A DNA stretch of 63,670 nucleotides, counting the filler, from Myxococcota bacterium (GTDB lineage Bacteria; Myxococcota_C; UBA6777), in assembly GCA_023150835.1 (NCBI GenBank). It is 3 parts of 3 records of this genome, joined end to end, with 100 filler letters (N's around TTAATTAATTAA, not from the genome) between each part and the next. Parts side by side here need not be neighbours in the genome. Positions count along the whole stretch, not along the records: positions 1 to 21,982 come from JAKLKB010000120.1; 2 more parts are not named here. The stretch is one strand, 5' to 3'. The notes below the pieces were generated by a model that did no database searches, was not told where the DNA came from, and saw nothing but the letters and a program-made list of their open reading frames with translations. Positions within the stretch are counted from its first letter, which is position 1. The number at the start of each line of letters is the position of its first letter. The position numbers were made by a program, and so were the translations under genes. This document shows positions 7,644 to 16,986 of this stretch, piece by piece.

Positions 7644-10600
7644 GCCAAACGCAAAGCCAGCGGTGTAGCCAACGGCGAATTTTTTTGCAACTGGGCTTCG
7701 ACTTCCTCCACCATCCGCACAATAATTTTGCGCGTCGTGCTGGGTAGCCGACTTTGCTCCCCTTCGCAAAGCTGGCCCGCAAGTTCGATCACCTTGCGAA
7801 CTTCGCGTCGATCTCCAGTATCGATCTCCCCGGATAATGCGGCCTGTGCGAGAGCGTGTTGGAGATCCGCTTGCTCCGCAACAAAAGCCACCTCCGCAGC
7901 TTCTTCGATCAAAGCACGCGCCTCTGCTGCCAAACGATAGGCTTGTTCGAGACGGCCCAAGATCGAAGATTCACTTTTGGGTTGCTTTGCATAAGAAGGC
8001 GACAGCCGCTCGTCCATCGTTGGTTCCAAACCGCCTGCCGTGTCGCCGCCTCGGATATCGGACCCCATCATCGATCTCGTGTGTTCTTCGGCAGGAACGG
8101 CACGATGCTGCTCAGTCCGAGCCACCGCAAGATGCTGTTCCGTTGGATCCACCGCACGGTGTTGTTCCGTTTTGTCCGTTTGAAGGCGGGCATTGCGCTC
8201 ACGCACCATCTGCTGGAGATTGGCTTTGGAAGAAACGAGCGTCATCTCTCCTTCTTCGTGCAAACGGCCTTGCGCGCTCGACATCTCACGAAGCCCCGAC
8301 AGAGCATCATTCACTTCGTCGAGGATATCCATATCGCTTACTTCTTCGAATGGCTGGGAGGCCGACGTAGAAAAACCGAGACGTTCGCTCTCCGAAACCG
8401 ACACTGCACGCTGCTCAAACTGCGTCGATTGATTCATGCGCTGCCCGGGGACAGACAGCGTGAGCCGCCGTTGTTCTTCTTCTTCAAGAGGCAGATCCAA
8501 TTCTTGTTGTGCGCGTGCTTCGTGAAGACCGGGTTTGGGTAGCTGAAACGCTGGCGTCGTCTGTGTTTTGGCGATGTGGCTCTTGCTTTTCTCTTCCGCA
8601 AGCGCCGAACCGATGGCTTGTTTGTTGAAAACCATGGTCGCTCCGTCGCCCTCGCCAAGCAGGCTTTTGCGCGAAAGCACCATCGTTCGGCCATCTCCTT
8701 CGGCATGAAATGGATTGGAGAGATCGTCTTCTCCAAACACAGACTCAAATCCCGACGCGGGACCGAGGCTAATCGAAGGGAGACTCGGAGAAGAGGCGTG
8801 TCCTCGCGGGCCTTGGGCTGCCGAAAGGCTCCCCGAAGAAGGACTCGATAGATACGGGCGTTGTGTTGCCGCAGGCAGGTTGGACGAAGAAGTTGACACA
8901 GGCGGCGGACTCATCGCCGTAAGGCCCGACGAAGAAGCACGGGACTCGTGTTGCGGCACTTTAGGAGACTTTTTGTCGTCGTAGTTTCGCAATTCTTCTG
9001 GAACCTCCATATCAGGCTGCGTTGATTCGCTCGGTTCGGATGTCTTGTTTTTTTTGGAAGAACCTGCGCGCATTGATGCACTTGCGCTGTCTTCCGAAGT
9101 GAGCCGCTCTTTCAGCGGCGGAGTTTGGCGACGGCCAGCTTCTCGATCGTTTGCAACAGACGCCAGATCTTCACGAGAGGCCGCCCTTTGGCCCGACCCG
9201 ACCACCGACGGAATACGCTCGGAAGAACTCGATCGCAAAGCCCGTTGCGCCCCTGTTGTTCGGCTTGATCCTCCGCGATCTGCTTCGACCGGTCCTTGGT
9301 AAGGACGGCCTTGCTTGCGATGCCAAGCCGCTGCCATCTCGCGGTTCGGTTCACGAACAAGACGCACACACAACTCGATCAATCCGTCTTGGTTCGAGAT
9401 CAACTCGGCCTCCAACGCATCGCCTTCGACAGCATACGCCGCCAGATCGGCCAGAGAGATCGCGCCATACAACAACGGCGCTGACAGCGCATCGGCCTCG
9501 CCCTCAAGGATCGAAAGCGTTTGCTGCGCCCCCTGAAATCGGATCGTTTGGACCACGCGCACAGGAAGAGATGTAAACGCCCGCGCCATCTCAATGCGTT
9601 CAAGCGGTTCATTCACTTCCAACCACACCGAAGAAGACAACACGCTGCGCAAACCGCCATGACGCGAAGTCATCCGACCATGAGCCTCTTCCTCAACCTC
9701 CTTGGACTCGACCCCGGCTTGAGGCATAGAAGCCATTGATCCACCCGACGCTGCGGCGTGTTCGTTACTTTGGCGCAAGGGTTCTTGTGCAGAAGCAGGC
9801 AACGAAACTTCGACACGTCGCGGGGCTTGCCCTGGCGCGATCACTTGAACGATCAGTCGTTCATGTTGCGCAGAAAGCAAACGTATCGGCAACTCGACCC
9901 GCCCGTCCATACCGATCTGCGCCTGACCTGTCCCCCCGCGTACAACGCGCAACTTGGCATCGGGTGTCCCGACCCCTTGCAAGGTCCACTGCGACATCTC
10001 TCCTTGCGGAAAAGACGGGCGCAAAAACAAGCCATCTCGCAACATCCCCGCCAAAGCTGCCGCTCCCATCGCCGTTGCGAGATGGGGCCTTTCGATCCCG
10101 ATCCCATCACAAGAGACTTTTTGCAACACCAGCGATTCCAGATGCGGTACCCATGCTTCTTCGCCGCTGACCAACACGCTTTGCAGATCGTCTTGACGCA
10201 GTGCGTGATGTTCTTCCAACAACAACAACAATTCATCGATCGCCGTCGGCACCCGCTCGATCGGAAAAGGCGATTGCGACGGCCATTCAAACGTCCTTGA
10301 CTGCAACAGCGTTGGAAATCCCCCTTCCATCTCCACCACCCCGATCGAAAAAGCGCCCCGCTCCACATGCGCCACCAAGGACAGATGATGCGGGCGTTCG
10401 CGCAGTTCGCGCACGCTCAGAGCCGTCGCCTCCAGCGCCGAACACCACCCCACCAATCGCGCCTCGTGTTGTTCGAGCAGATCGCGCAATTGACTTTGCG
10501 CTGTAGCCGATACGTCGGGGGGAACCGCCAACACCAGCGGCAGCGGTTCGTTGGGCGAACAATGCTCTTTCACCATCCCCACCACATGCCCAACCAGCCG

Positions 10601-10951
10601 ACCAAACAACTCTGCGGGGGTGTACCACTGCCCACCCATACACACTTCCATCCGCTCCCCATAGCCCCGTACAAATCGACTGTCCCCACCGACCGAACGC
10701 GGATCTCCTTGCAGGCTTTTGTAGATATCCATCAACGGCTCGATCCCATCGGGTTCACTGTAATGTTGGCCGATCAACACCTCGTCTTGGTAAGACGAGA
10801 TCACAGCGGCGATCAAACCCCGATCCCCCAAACTCGCCACTTCGGGTTGTCCTTGCGCATCCAGTCGCGCCATCACCCAAAAAGTGCGACCCAGATCAAG
10901 AGCGATCGGGATCACCCGATCCTCTGTTGTTGTCTTCGATTGCATCGCCAC
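7598..10951 (-). CDS. Divergent Hsp70/actin-fold protein with long low-complexity C-terminal region
   Basis: IALDLGRT (cf. GIDLGTT), YTPAEL, LVLAVP, VLVSG, TAMGAAALA; followed by about 550 aa rich in S/E/R/P. Confidence 0.7.
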   Translation of the reverse strand: MAMQSKTTTEDRVIPIALDLGRTFWVMARLDAQGQPEVASLGDRGLIAAVISSYQDEVLIGQHYSEPDGIEPLMDIYKSLQGDPRSVGGDSRFVRGYGERMEVCMGGQWYTPAELFGRLVGHVVGMVKEHCSPNEPLPLVLAVPPDVSATAQSQLRDLLEQHEARLVGWCSALEATALSVRELRERPHHLSLVAHVERGAFSIGVVEMEGGFPTLLQSRTFEWPSQSPFPIERVPTAIDELLLLLEEHHALRQDDLQSVLVSGEEAWVPHLESLVLQKVSCDGIGIERPHLATAMGAAALAGMLRDGLFLRPSFPQGEMSQWTLQGVGTPDAKLRVVRGGTGQAQIGMDGRVELPIRLLSAQHERLIVQVIAPGQAPRRVEVSLPASAQEPLRQSNEHAAASGGSMASMPQAGVESKEVEEEAHGRMTSRHGGLRSVLSSSVWLEVNEPLERIEMARAFTSLPVRVVQTIRFQGAQQTLSILEGEADALSAPLLYGAISLADLAAYAVEGDALEAELISNQDGLIELCVRLVREPNREMAAAWHRKQGRPYQGPVEADRGGSSRTTGAQRALRSSSSERIPSVVGSGQRAASREDLASVANDREAGRRQTPPLKERLTSEDSASASMRAGSSKKNKTSEPSESTQPDMEVPEELRNYDDKKSPKVPQHESRASSSGLTAMSPPPVSTSSSNLPAATQRPYLSSPSSGSLSAAQGPRGHASSPSLPSISLGPASGFESVFGEDDLSNPFHAEGDGRTMVLSRKSLLGEGDGATMVFNKQAIGSALAEEKSKSHIAKTQTTPAFQLPKPGLHEARAQQELDLPLEEEEQRRLTLSVPGQRMNQSTQFEQRAVSVSESERLGFSTSASQPFEEVSDMDILDEVNDALSGLREMSSAQGRLHEEGEMTLVSSKANLQQMVRERNARLQTDKTEQHRAVDPTEQHLAVARTEQHRAVPAEEHTRSMMGSDIRGGDTAGGLEPTMDERLSPSYAKQPKSESSILGRLEQAYRLAAEARALIEEAAEVAFVAEQADLQHALAQAALSGEIDTGDRREVRKVIELAGQLCEGEQSRLPSTTRKIIVRMVEEVEAQLQKNSPLATPLALRLANRIFEAIRRDLRPW

Positions 10952-11209
10952 TTGCGCTCCCGAAAAGCCTCGCTATTGCTTCGCTTGCGATATCGCTTTC
11001 TCGCGGTATCCTCTGACACCGCACCCAAACAACAATTCGCCTTCGACTCCCGTATTTCGGAGGTTCCACAACGGGCCCAAACCTGTTGCCAGTTCCCAAC
11101 AAAGCACGATTCGCCTTCGACTCCCGTCGTGCGGAGGGTATCGTGCCTTGTTATCGCCCTCTTGTGAAGGGGCATCTTACCTTGTTATACACGCTTTTTG
11201 TCCCTTGAC

Positions 11210-12514
11210 TCAAGCCGCAACTTCTTCTCGTCTTTTTTCTTCTTCTTCCCACAACCGCGTCGGTAGCATCCACGCCGACCACATCCCCACGCCCGAAAGC
11301 AAAAACGCCAAACCAAAAAAAGCACCGTACCCCACAATCCCCTGCAACCAGCCACTCACCCCCCCGGGAAACATCAGCCCCAACGCCATCAACGCCGTAG
11401 CAATCGCAAAAAACGCCGACTGATACGCACTTTGGCGCGACACCCGCATCAAGATCACCGTAAACACCGAAAACCCAACACCGTATCCCCACTGTTCAAA
11501 ACCCACAAACACATACACCCAAAACAGATGCCCTCCACCAAATCCCCATGCCAAGGCCATATACAACAGGTCTGGAACATTCATCAACAACATCATCGGC
11601 CACACACAACGCCGTAATCCCCATCGGGCGATCGCCGCCCCACCCATGATGCCCCCTCCGATCGAGGCGATCATCCCGACCGTTCCGTACACCACCCCCA
11701 CCGTATCCGTCCCCAACGCCAAACCCCCTGCCTTCGCGCTGTCCAACAAAAAAGGCTGCACCATCTTCAACAGCAACGCTTCCCCCAAACGATACAAAAA
11801 AATAAACCCGACAATCCACACCGCCCCCTCTTGGCGAAAAAATGCCTCAAACGGCTCAATATAACGCCGAAAAAAAGACCTTACGTCCGAAACACCCGAC
11901 CCACCGCTCTCCACGCTCCGTTCCACACCCCACAGATGCCACCCGCCCAAAAGCCCCATCCATAGGCCCGCTGCCAACAACGCCACCGACCAACTCCAAA
12001 CCGCCGAAGCACCCCAACGCTTTAACAACCCCGCCAACACCACCAAACCGCCCGATCCCGCGATCATCGCCACGCGGTACATCATCACACGCAAACCCAC
12101 AAATCCCGCCTGCGTCTGTTCATCGAGCGCTTGGATGTACCAACCATCCACCGCCATATCATGCGTCGCCGAGACAAACGCAATCACAAAAAACAAAACA
12201 ACGATCCCCCAAATCCCCCATGACATCGGCAAGATCAACGCCCCCGCCATCAACAACAGCGCCATCCACACCTGTGTCCAAACGATCCATCCCCGCTTTT
12301 CGCCATAACCGTCGATCCACGGCGACCACAACATCTTGAGTACCCAAGGCAAGTGAAAAAAACTTGTCAACCCCAACCAGATATTGGATACCCCCAAGTC
12401 TTTCAACAGCACCACAGAAACCGTATTCACCAAGATATACGGCCAACCTTCCGCAAAATACAACGTGGCGACCACCACCCCAACTCGCCAATCCTTCCAT
12501 CTCATCGCGATCAC
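11210..12514 (-). CDS. ampG: AmpG-family MFS muropeptide permease
   Basis: YFAEGWPY, LPWVLKMLWSPWID, SATHDMAVDGWY and LYRLGEA motifs; multiple TM helices. Confidence 0.85.
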   Translation of the reverse strand: MIAMRWKDWRVGVVVATLYFAEGWPYILVNTVSVVLLKDLGVSNIWLGLTSFFHLPWVLKMLWSPWIDGYGEKRGWIVWTQVWMALLLMAGALILPMSWGIWGIVVLFFVIAFVSATHDMAVDGWYIQALDEQTQAGFVGLRVMMYRVAMIAGSGGLVVLAGLLKRWGASAVWSWSVALLAAGLWMGLLGGWHLWGVERSVESGGSGVSDVRSFFRRYIEPFEAFFRQEGAVWIVGFIFLYRLGEALLLKMVQPFLLDSAKAGGLALGTDTVGVVYGTVGMIASIGGGIMGGAAIARWGLRRCVWPMMLLMNVPDLLYMALAWGFGGGHLFWVYVFVGFEQWGYGVGFSVFTVILMRVSRQSAYQSAFFAIATALMALGLMFPGGVSGWLQGIVGYGAFFGLAFLLSGVGMWSAWMLPTRLWEEEEKRREEVAA

Positions 12515-12540
12515 CGCTCACCTTTTCTGTTAATGACTTC

Positions 12541-13326
12541 CTACGGCCTCGATCGATGTAAGAGATGACGCTTCTGTTCCGCCTCTAACCGCGAGCGCAT
12601 CGTCGCGCACTGCGCCCGCGTAAAACGAAAACGCGAAGGCTCAAAGTACCCCCGCAACGAAGTCCCCAACATCTGCGCCGATCTTCTTACACCATCCCCC
12701 GTCAACATCAAATTGTAGGGCCGAACGATATGCAACAAACCCCAACGATGCCCCAGCTCATGCGCCATCGTCGTCCAGATCATCGAGGATCGCACCCACA
12801 CCGCCGCACGCAGCCTCCGCCCTTGCGCTCCATCCGACAACACCCGCGAGCTATAACCCAACAGCCGATAGTTACGCACTGGCATCCCCCACGCAATCGA
12901 CAGCTCCCCCGTCAAAAAGATCAACGTGTCGCTCACCCCCATCTTCGGCGCTCGAAAACGAGGCAACGCAAAAAGCAACCGCCCTTTCTCCGTCAAACGC
13001 TCCCCCCGCACCACAGAAAACCCCCCATCCACCAAGCGGATCTTGCATCGCTCAAAATACCAACGCGACAACCGAAAAATCGGCCCATAACCCACCTTCG
13101 TCCACAACCTCGGTGCATCCGTAAAGGCCCACACTCTCGCTTCTAACCACCTCCCCTCCACGACCGAACGGGCTGGTGTTTCTGTAAAAACCAACGTCTT
13201 GCGATATTCCCCATCACTGTAAGGCGTCAGCGTTTGTAGCTTGATCGGCTGCCCCCGCCCTTCGACCCCATGCACCAACCACACAGGCATCCCCGGTCCC
13301 CAAAAAGACCACAACAACATCCACAT
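12541..13326 (-). CDS. Metzincin-type zinc metallopeptidase, probably secreted
   Basis: AHELGHRWGLLH (HExxHxxGxxH), followed by an NLM Met-turn and FT..QC..MR. Confidence 0.7.
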   Translation of the reverse strand: MWMLLWSFWGPGMPVWLVHGVEGRGQPIKLQTLTPYSDGEYRKTLVFTETPARSVVEGRWLEARVWAFTDAPRLWTKVGYGPIFRLSRWYFERCKIRLVDGGFSVVRGERLTEKGRLLFALPRFRAPKMGVSDTLIFLTGELSIAWGMPVRNYRLLGYSSRVLSDGAQGRRLRAAVWVRSSMIWTTMAHELGHRWGLLHIVRPYNLMLTGDGVRRSAQMLGTSLRGYFEPSRFRFTRAQCATMRSRLEAEQKRHLLHRSRP

Positions 13327-13419
13327 CCTCGCTCTCCCTCTACCATCGCCTCATGATTCTTTTATGGGGCGCTGCTCCCGCTTCCTTTTATGGGTCGCGA
13401 CTCCCGCTCCTTTCTTTTA

Positions 13420-13540
13420 TGGGGCGCTGCCCCAAACCCCGCAAGGGAGCGCGGCTCCCTTGACCCCGTGTTTGGCGGAACGAGCACAGGTTTTCCAAAC
13501 CCACAGCGGCTCCGCTTGAAAAGGCACGAACACGAGGTTT
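13420..13540 (+). repeat. ~120-bp dispersed structured element (family A), copy 1
   Basis: TGGGGCGCTGCCCC...CAAGGGAGCGCGGCTCCCTTGACCCCGTG...CGAACACGAGGTTT, shared with five other loci. Confidence 0.85.
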
Positions 13541-13550
13541 CTTTCACCGT

Positions 13551-13821
13551 CGGCCCGTCCCAAAACCCTGACGGCTCACTTTCAACAAAAACGGCCCGTC
13601 TCAAAACCCCTGACGGCTCACTTTCAACAAAAACGGCCCGTCCCAAAACCCTGACGGCTCACTTTCAACAAAAACGGCCCGTCTCAAAACCCCTGACGGC
13701 TCACTTTCAACAAAAACGGCCCGTCCCAAAACCCCTGACGGCTCACTTTCAACAAAAACGGCCCGTCTCAAAACCCCTGACGGCTCACTTTCAACAAAAA
13801 CGGCCCGTCCCAAAACCCTGA
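13551..13821. repeat. Tandem array of about 6.5 units of 41/42 bp
   Basis: CGGCCCGTC(C/T)CAAAACCC(C)TGACGGCTCACTTTCAACAAAAA starts at 13551, 13592, 13634, 13675, 13717, 13759 and 13801 (partial). No spacers. Confidence 0.95.
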
Positions 13822-13871
13822 TCGCTGCTTTGTGCTCCAACAACGCTGCATTTGATCAAAGCTACGCCGGC

Positions 13872-13995
13872 GTCAAAACCCCGTGTTCGCAGCCGCCCAA
13901 GCGACAGAGCCGTCTGCGTGAAACCCCATCGTTCTCTTCGCCAACACGGGGGTCAAGGGGCGATAGTCCCTTGCGGGGAGTGGGGCAGCGCCCCA
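13872..13995 (-). repeat. Family A element, copy 2 (inverted relative to copy 1)
   Basis: Reverse complement reads TGGGGCGCTGCCCCACTCCCCGCAAGGG...CCCTTGACCCCCGTGTTGGCGAAGAGA...CGAACACGGGGTTTTGAC. Confidence 0.85.
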
Positions 13996-14009
13996 TACGC
14001 GCCTTGATT

Positions 14010-14316
14010 TCCAACACGTAGGGGCAACCACAGGGGTTTGCCCTGTTGTTGGGGTTCGTTCAAAACAGATAGCGATGAAGAGGTCACCGACGCAACAGAG
14101 CGAGGGCAGGCACACCTGTCTGCCCCTACAAAACACCGTGTGATCTCCAACACGTAGGGGCAACCACAGGGGTTTGCCCTGTTGTTGGGGTTCGTTCAAA
14201 ACAGATGGCGATGAAGAGGTCGCCGACGCAACAGAGATCGGGCAGGCACGGGGGCCTGCCCCTACAAAACACCGTGTGATCTCCAACACGTAGGGGCAAC
14301 CATGTGTGGTTGCCCT
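14010..14316. repeat. BIME-like cluster: five GTAG-type REPs in 136-bp tandem units
   Basis: GTAGGGGCAACC...TTGCCC at 14018, 14154 and 14290; inverted GGGCAGG...CTGCCCCTAC ending at 14129 and 14265; linkers nearly identical. Confidence 0.9.
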
Positions 14317-14438
14317 CGCTGAGGAGTGTTGCCTCTTGATACCTCTCTCATGGCGTTGGTTTGAACGGACCCACTCGATCAAAAACGTCGCTCGTGAGGT
14401 ACCTTAGAAGACCTCAAAACACAACATGAGCCAAAAAG

Positions 14439-14474
14439 AAAAACGCCCGATATAGAGATATATCGGGCGTTTTT
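14439..14474. terminator. Perfect hairpin with A/T tails, possible bidirectional terminator
   Basis: AAAAACGCCCGATATA-GAGA-TATATCGGGCGTTTTT. Confidence 0.55.
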
Positions 14475-14755
14475 GCGAACACAAAAAAAACAAACACAAG
14501 CTTTTCGAAAACAGACACCACAAACACAAGCAACACAAGCGATGCTTTCCTTATTCTTCCGCTTGGACCCCTTACGCAAAAAGCAAACCACGTTTCTTGC
14601 GTATGCCCCCATTTCGCTTTTCTTTCAAGGAGTTCATCGCTTTTCGGTGGAGGCTTCGAACAGCACAACCCTACGGGGTTGCGACATCTGTGTCACGCCC
14701 GCAAACAGATCCTCCAGATCCCCTCCCCTTCGATCCACCCCAGCCCACGCACAAG

Positions 14756-15718
14756 CTATGTTCCGACAGGCGCGGTATAGGTAAAACGAAAACGCACCAG
14801 CACAGCGGGATGATCGCTCAAGGCTTCCGCTTTTTCGTTCACAAAGCGCGCTTCTGTTTTCCACTCGCTCGCCTCCAACTGCAAGGCCGGAGATCGGCGA
14901 AAAAGAACGCGATCGATGTGTTCGCTGTCTGCGTCTTTGTCGCACTGAAACAGTTTGCAACTGTCCGTTAGACCGGCTCCTTCGATCAACCGTGTTAACT
15001 GCTCTGCGTCGGTTTTTCCGCCTTCTCGTGCTTTGAGCGCCCGCATGTTGGTATCGCCGATCACAAGCACCGCTTGTCCTGCCGATTGCTTCTGGATCGC
15101 CGAAAGTAGCTGTTCGACTTGTGCCATCCGAGCGGCTTGATCTTCGGCTCCGCTCCCTGCGTCCGCGTGGAGATTATACACGTCCAACACGATCGACGGC
15201 TCTTGCTGGATCTGCAAACGCACGCGCTGAAACCCTTTGTAGGCCAAACAATCGTTGGCGTTACTCACGATGCCGTGGCATTTTTCCCATGCAGCATCCT
15301 CTTGCGCGATCGCCGAAAAGCGCGACAACAACGAAAGCCCCGATCCATAGGCGCGATCTCGCGGCTCACGGCTCGCGTGGATGCGCGAAGGCAACGTCAC
15401 CTTCGACATCAATTCGTCGTTGTATTGAAAGTTTTCTTGGATGCCGACGATACCGTAATCGTTGAGCATCGGGGAGATCAGTTTCATCCGCGTGGCAGGA
15501 TCGCCCGTACCTTCGACGATAGCAGGCAGGCCCTTGACGTTATACGTCAGGACAGAAAACTCCCCGACCACAGGCTTGATCGGTGTCTGACACCCGATCA
15601 TCCCAAACAGACTGATCCACCCAATCATCCCAAACAGACCGATCCACCGCGATCCATGCAAACCATCCATCCAAGCCTCCTTCGACACACGCATACGAGA
15701 TCCGAGTGATGCGTACAC
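14756..15718 (-). CDS. Endonuclease/exonuclease/phosphatase (sphingomyelinase-like) lipoprotein
   Basis: LTYNV.GLP, IQE, GSGL..LSRF, NLHADAG, GDTN, IDRVLFR, LSDH. Lipobox-like MIGC after a 27-bp-duplicated signal segment. Start uncertain. Confidence 0.85.
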   Translation of the reverse strand: MYASLGSRMRVSKEAWMDGLHGSRWIGLFGMIGWISLFGMIGCQTPIKPVVGEFSVLTYNVKGLPAIVEGTGDPATRMKLISPMLNDYGIVGIQENFQYNDELMSKVTLPSRIHASREPRDRAYGSGLSLLSRFSAIAQEDAAWEKCHGIVSNANDCLAYKGFQRVRLQIQQEPSIVLDVYNLHADAGSGAEDQAARMAQVEQLLSAIQKQSAGQAVLVIGDTNMRALKAREGGKTDAEQLTRLIEGAGLTDSCKLFQCDKDADSEHIDRVLFRRSPALQLEASEWKTEARFVNEKAEALSDHPAVLVRFRFTYTAPVGT

Positions 15719-15952
15719 AAAGGGTCGTGCGTAGACGCCCTGTTATTGCGCAGTCACGGGTGGCTGCGCCACCCTCTTTACGATCATACAACGGGCGGAT
15801 CTCGCCTCACCCGATACCACCCAACCAAACAGCAGCCCCCGATCTTTGTACTAGAAAGTAGTTCACGAAAAAAGCGTTCTCGCATAAGATGAAGCCGCCG
15901 AGACCAGATCACGAAACACAAACCTCGGATAATCGAGGAACATGGAGGAAAG

Positions 15953-16780
15953 ATGTCACTCAACGCCAAGACGATCTTGATCACAGGAGCCAGCCGTGGA
16001 ATCGGACTTGCGATCGCCAAACGCGCAGCCCGCGATGGTGCCCATATCGTGATCGCCGCCAAAACCACCGAGCCTCACCCCAAACTTCCCGGAACCATCT
16101 ACTCTGCTGCCGAAGAGATCGAAGCTCTTGGCGGAAAAGCCCTCCCCTGCATGGTCGATATCCGCGATGAGGAACAAGTCCAAGCCGCGATCAGCCAAGC
16201 CGTCGATATCTTCGGTGGCATCGACATCTTGATCAACAACGCCAGCGCGATCAGCCTCACAGGAACCCTTGAAACCTCGATGAAACGCTACGATCTGATG
16301 CACCAGATCAACATACGTGGAACCTTCCTCACCTCCAAGCTTTGCATCCCCCACCTGCTCAAAGCCCCCAACCCCCACGTCCTCAACATCTCGCCGCCCC
16401 TGAACCTCGATCCCCGATGGTTCGGAAGCCACGTCGCCTACACGATGGCAAAGTACGGCATGAGTATGTGTGTCCTCGGCATGGCCGAAGAATTCAAAGA
16501 CCAAGGCATCGCCTTTAACGCACTCTGGCCCAAAACCGCCATCGCCACAGCGGCGGTCCAAAACTTACTCGGTGGAGATGAAGCCATCCAAAAGTGCCGA
16601 ACACCCGAGATCATGGCCGATGCAGCCTACCACCTGCTGTTGCGCGACAGCCGCACATGCACAGGCCAATTTTTCATCGACGAAGATCTGCTCCGACAAG
16701 AAGGCGTCACCGACTTCTCGCACTACAAGCTCGATCCGACCGTTGCCGAAGAAGATCTTGTCCCTGACTTTTTCCTCTAA
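15953..16780 (+). CDS. Short-chain dehydrogenase/reductase (HSDL2-like)
   Basis: TGASRGIG, AKT.EPHPKLPGTI, NNASAI, YTMAKYGMS; RBS GGAGG. Confidence 0.95.
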   Translation: MSLNAKTILITGASRGIGLAIAKRAARDGAHIVIAAKTTEPHPKLPGTIYSAAEEIEALGGKALPCMVDIRDEEQVQAAISQAVDIFGGIDILINNASAISLTGTLETSMKRYDLMHQINIRGTFLTSKLCIPHLLKAPNPHVLNISPPLNLDPRWFGSHVAYTMAKYGMSMCVLGMAEEFKDQGIAFNALWPKTAIATAAVQNLLGGDEAIQKCRTPEIMADAAYHLLLRDSRTCTGQFFIDEDLLRQEGVTDFSHYKLDPTVAEEDLVPDFFL

Positions 16781-16810
16781 ACACGGATGTTACGGTGGGA
16801 TTCGTTTTTG

Positions 16811-16930
16811 TGGGGCTTTTCCCCACACCCCACTTCCTTAGCGCGCTCCCTTGACCCCGTATTGGCGAAGAGAGCCTTTGGGTTTCAAACCAACGGATCT
16901 GTCGTTTGGACGGATACGAACACGAGGTTT
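16811..16930 (+). repeat. Family A element, copy 3
   Basis: TGGGGCTTTTCCCC...GCTCCCTTGACCCCGTATTGGCGAAGAGA...TTTCAAACCAACGG...CGAACACGAGGTTT, between convergent genes. Confidence 0.8.
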
Positions 16931-16986
16931 GTTGAAAAACTGCGCAGGTGTGGGGAGATCAAGCGAAGGGGATGGGTCGAAAGCGA

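Noticed and set aside
13551..13821. CRISPR array
   Set aside because: Units are contiguous and near-identical with no unique spacers, and there are no cas genes in the window.
14010..14316. CRISPR array or small repetitive ORFs (13873-14382, 13953-14153)
   Set aside because: Linkers are duplicated rather than unique and the palindromes are GTAG REPs; the ORFs are translations of repeat DNA.
14480..14750. Riboswitch or ncRNA in the AT-rich intergenic stretch
   Set aside because: Only small hairpins are visible, with no consensus I can match; an Rfam scan would be needed.
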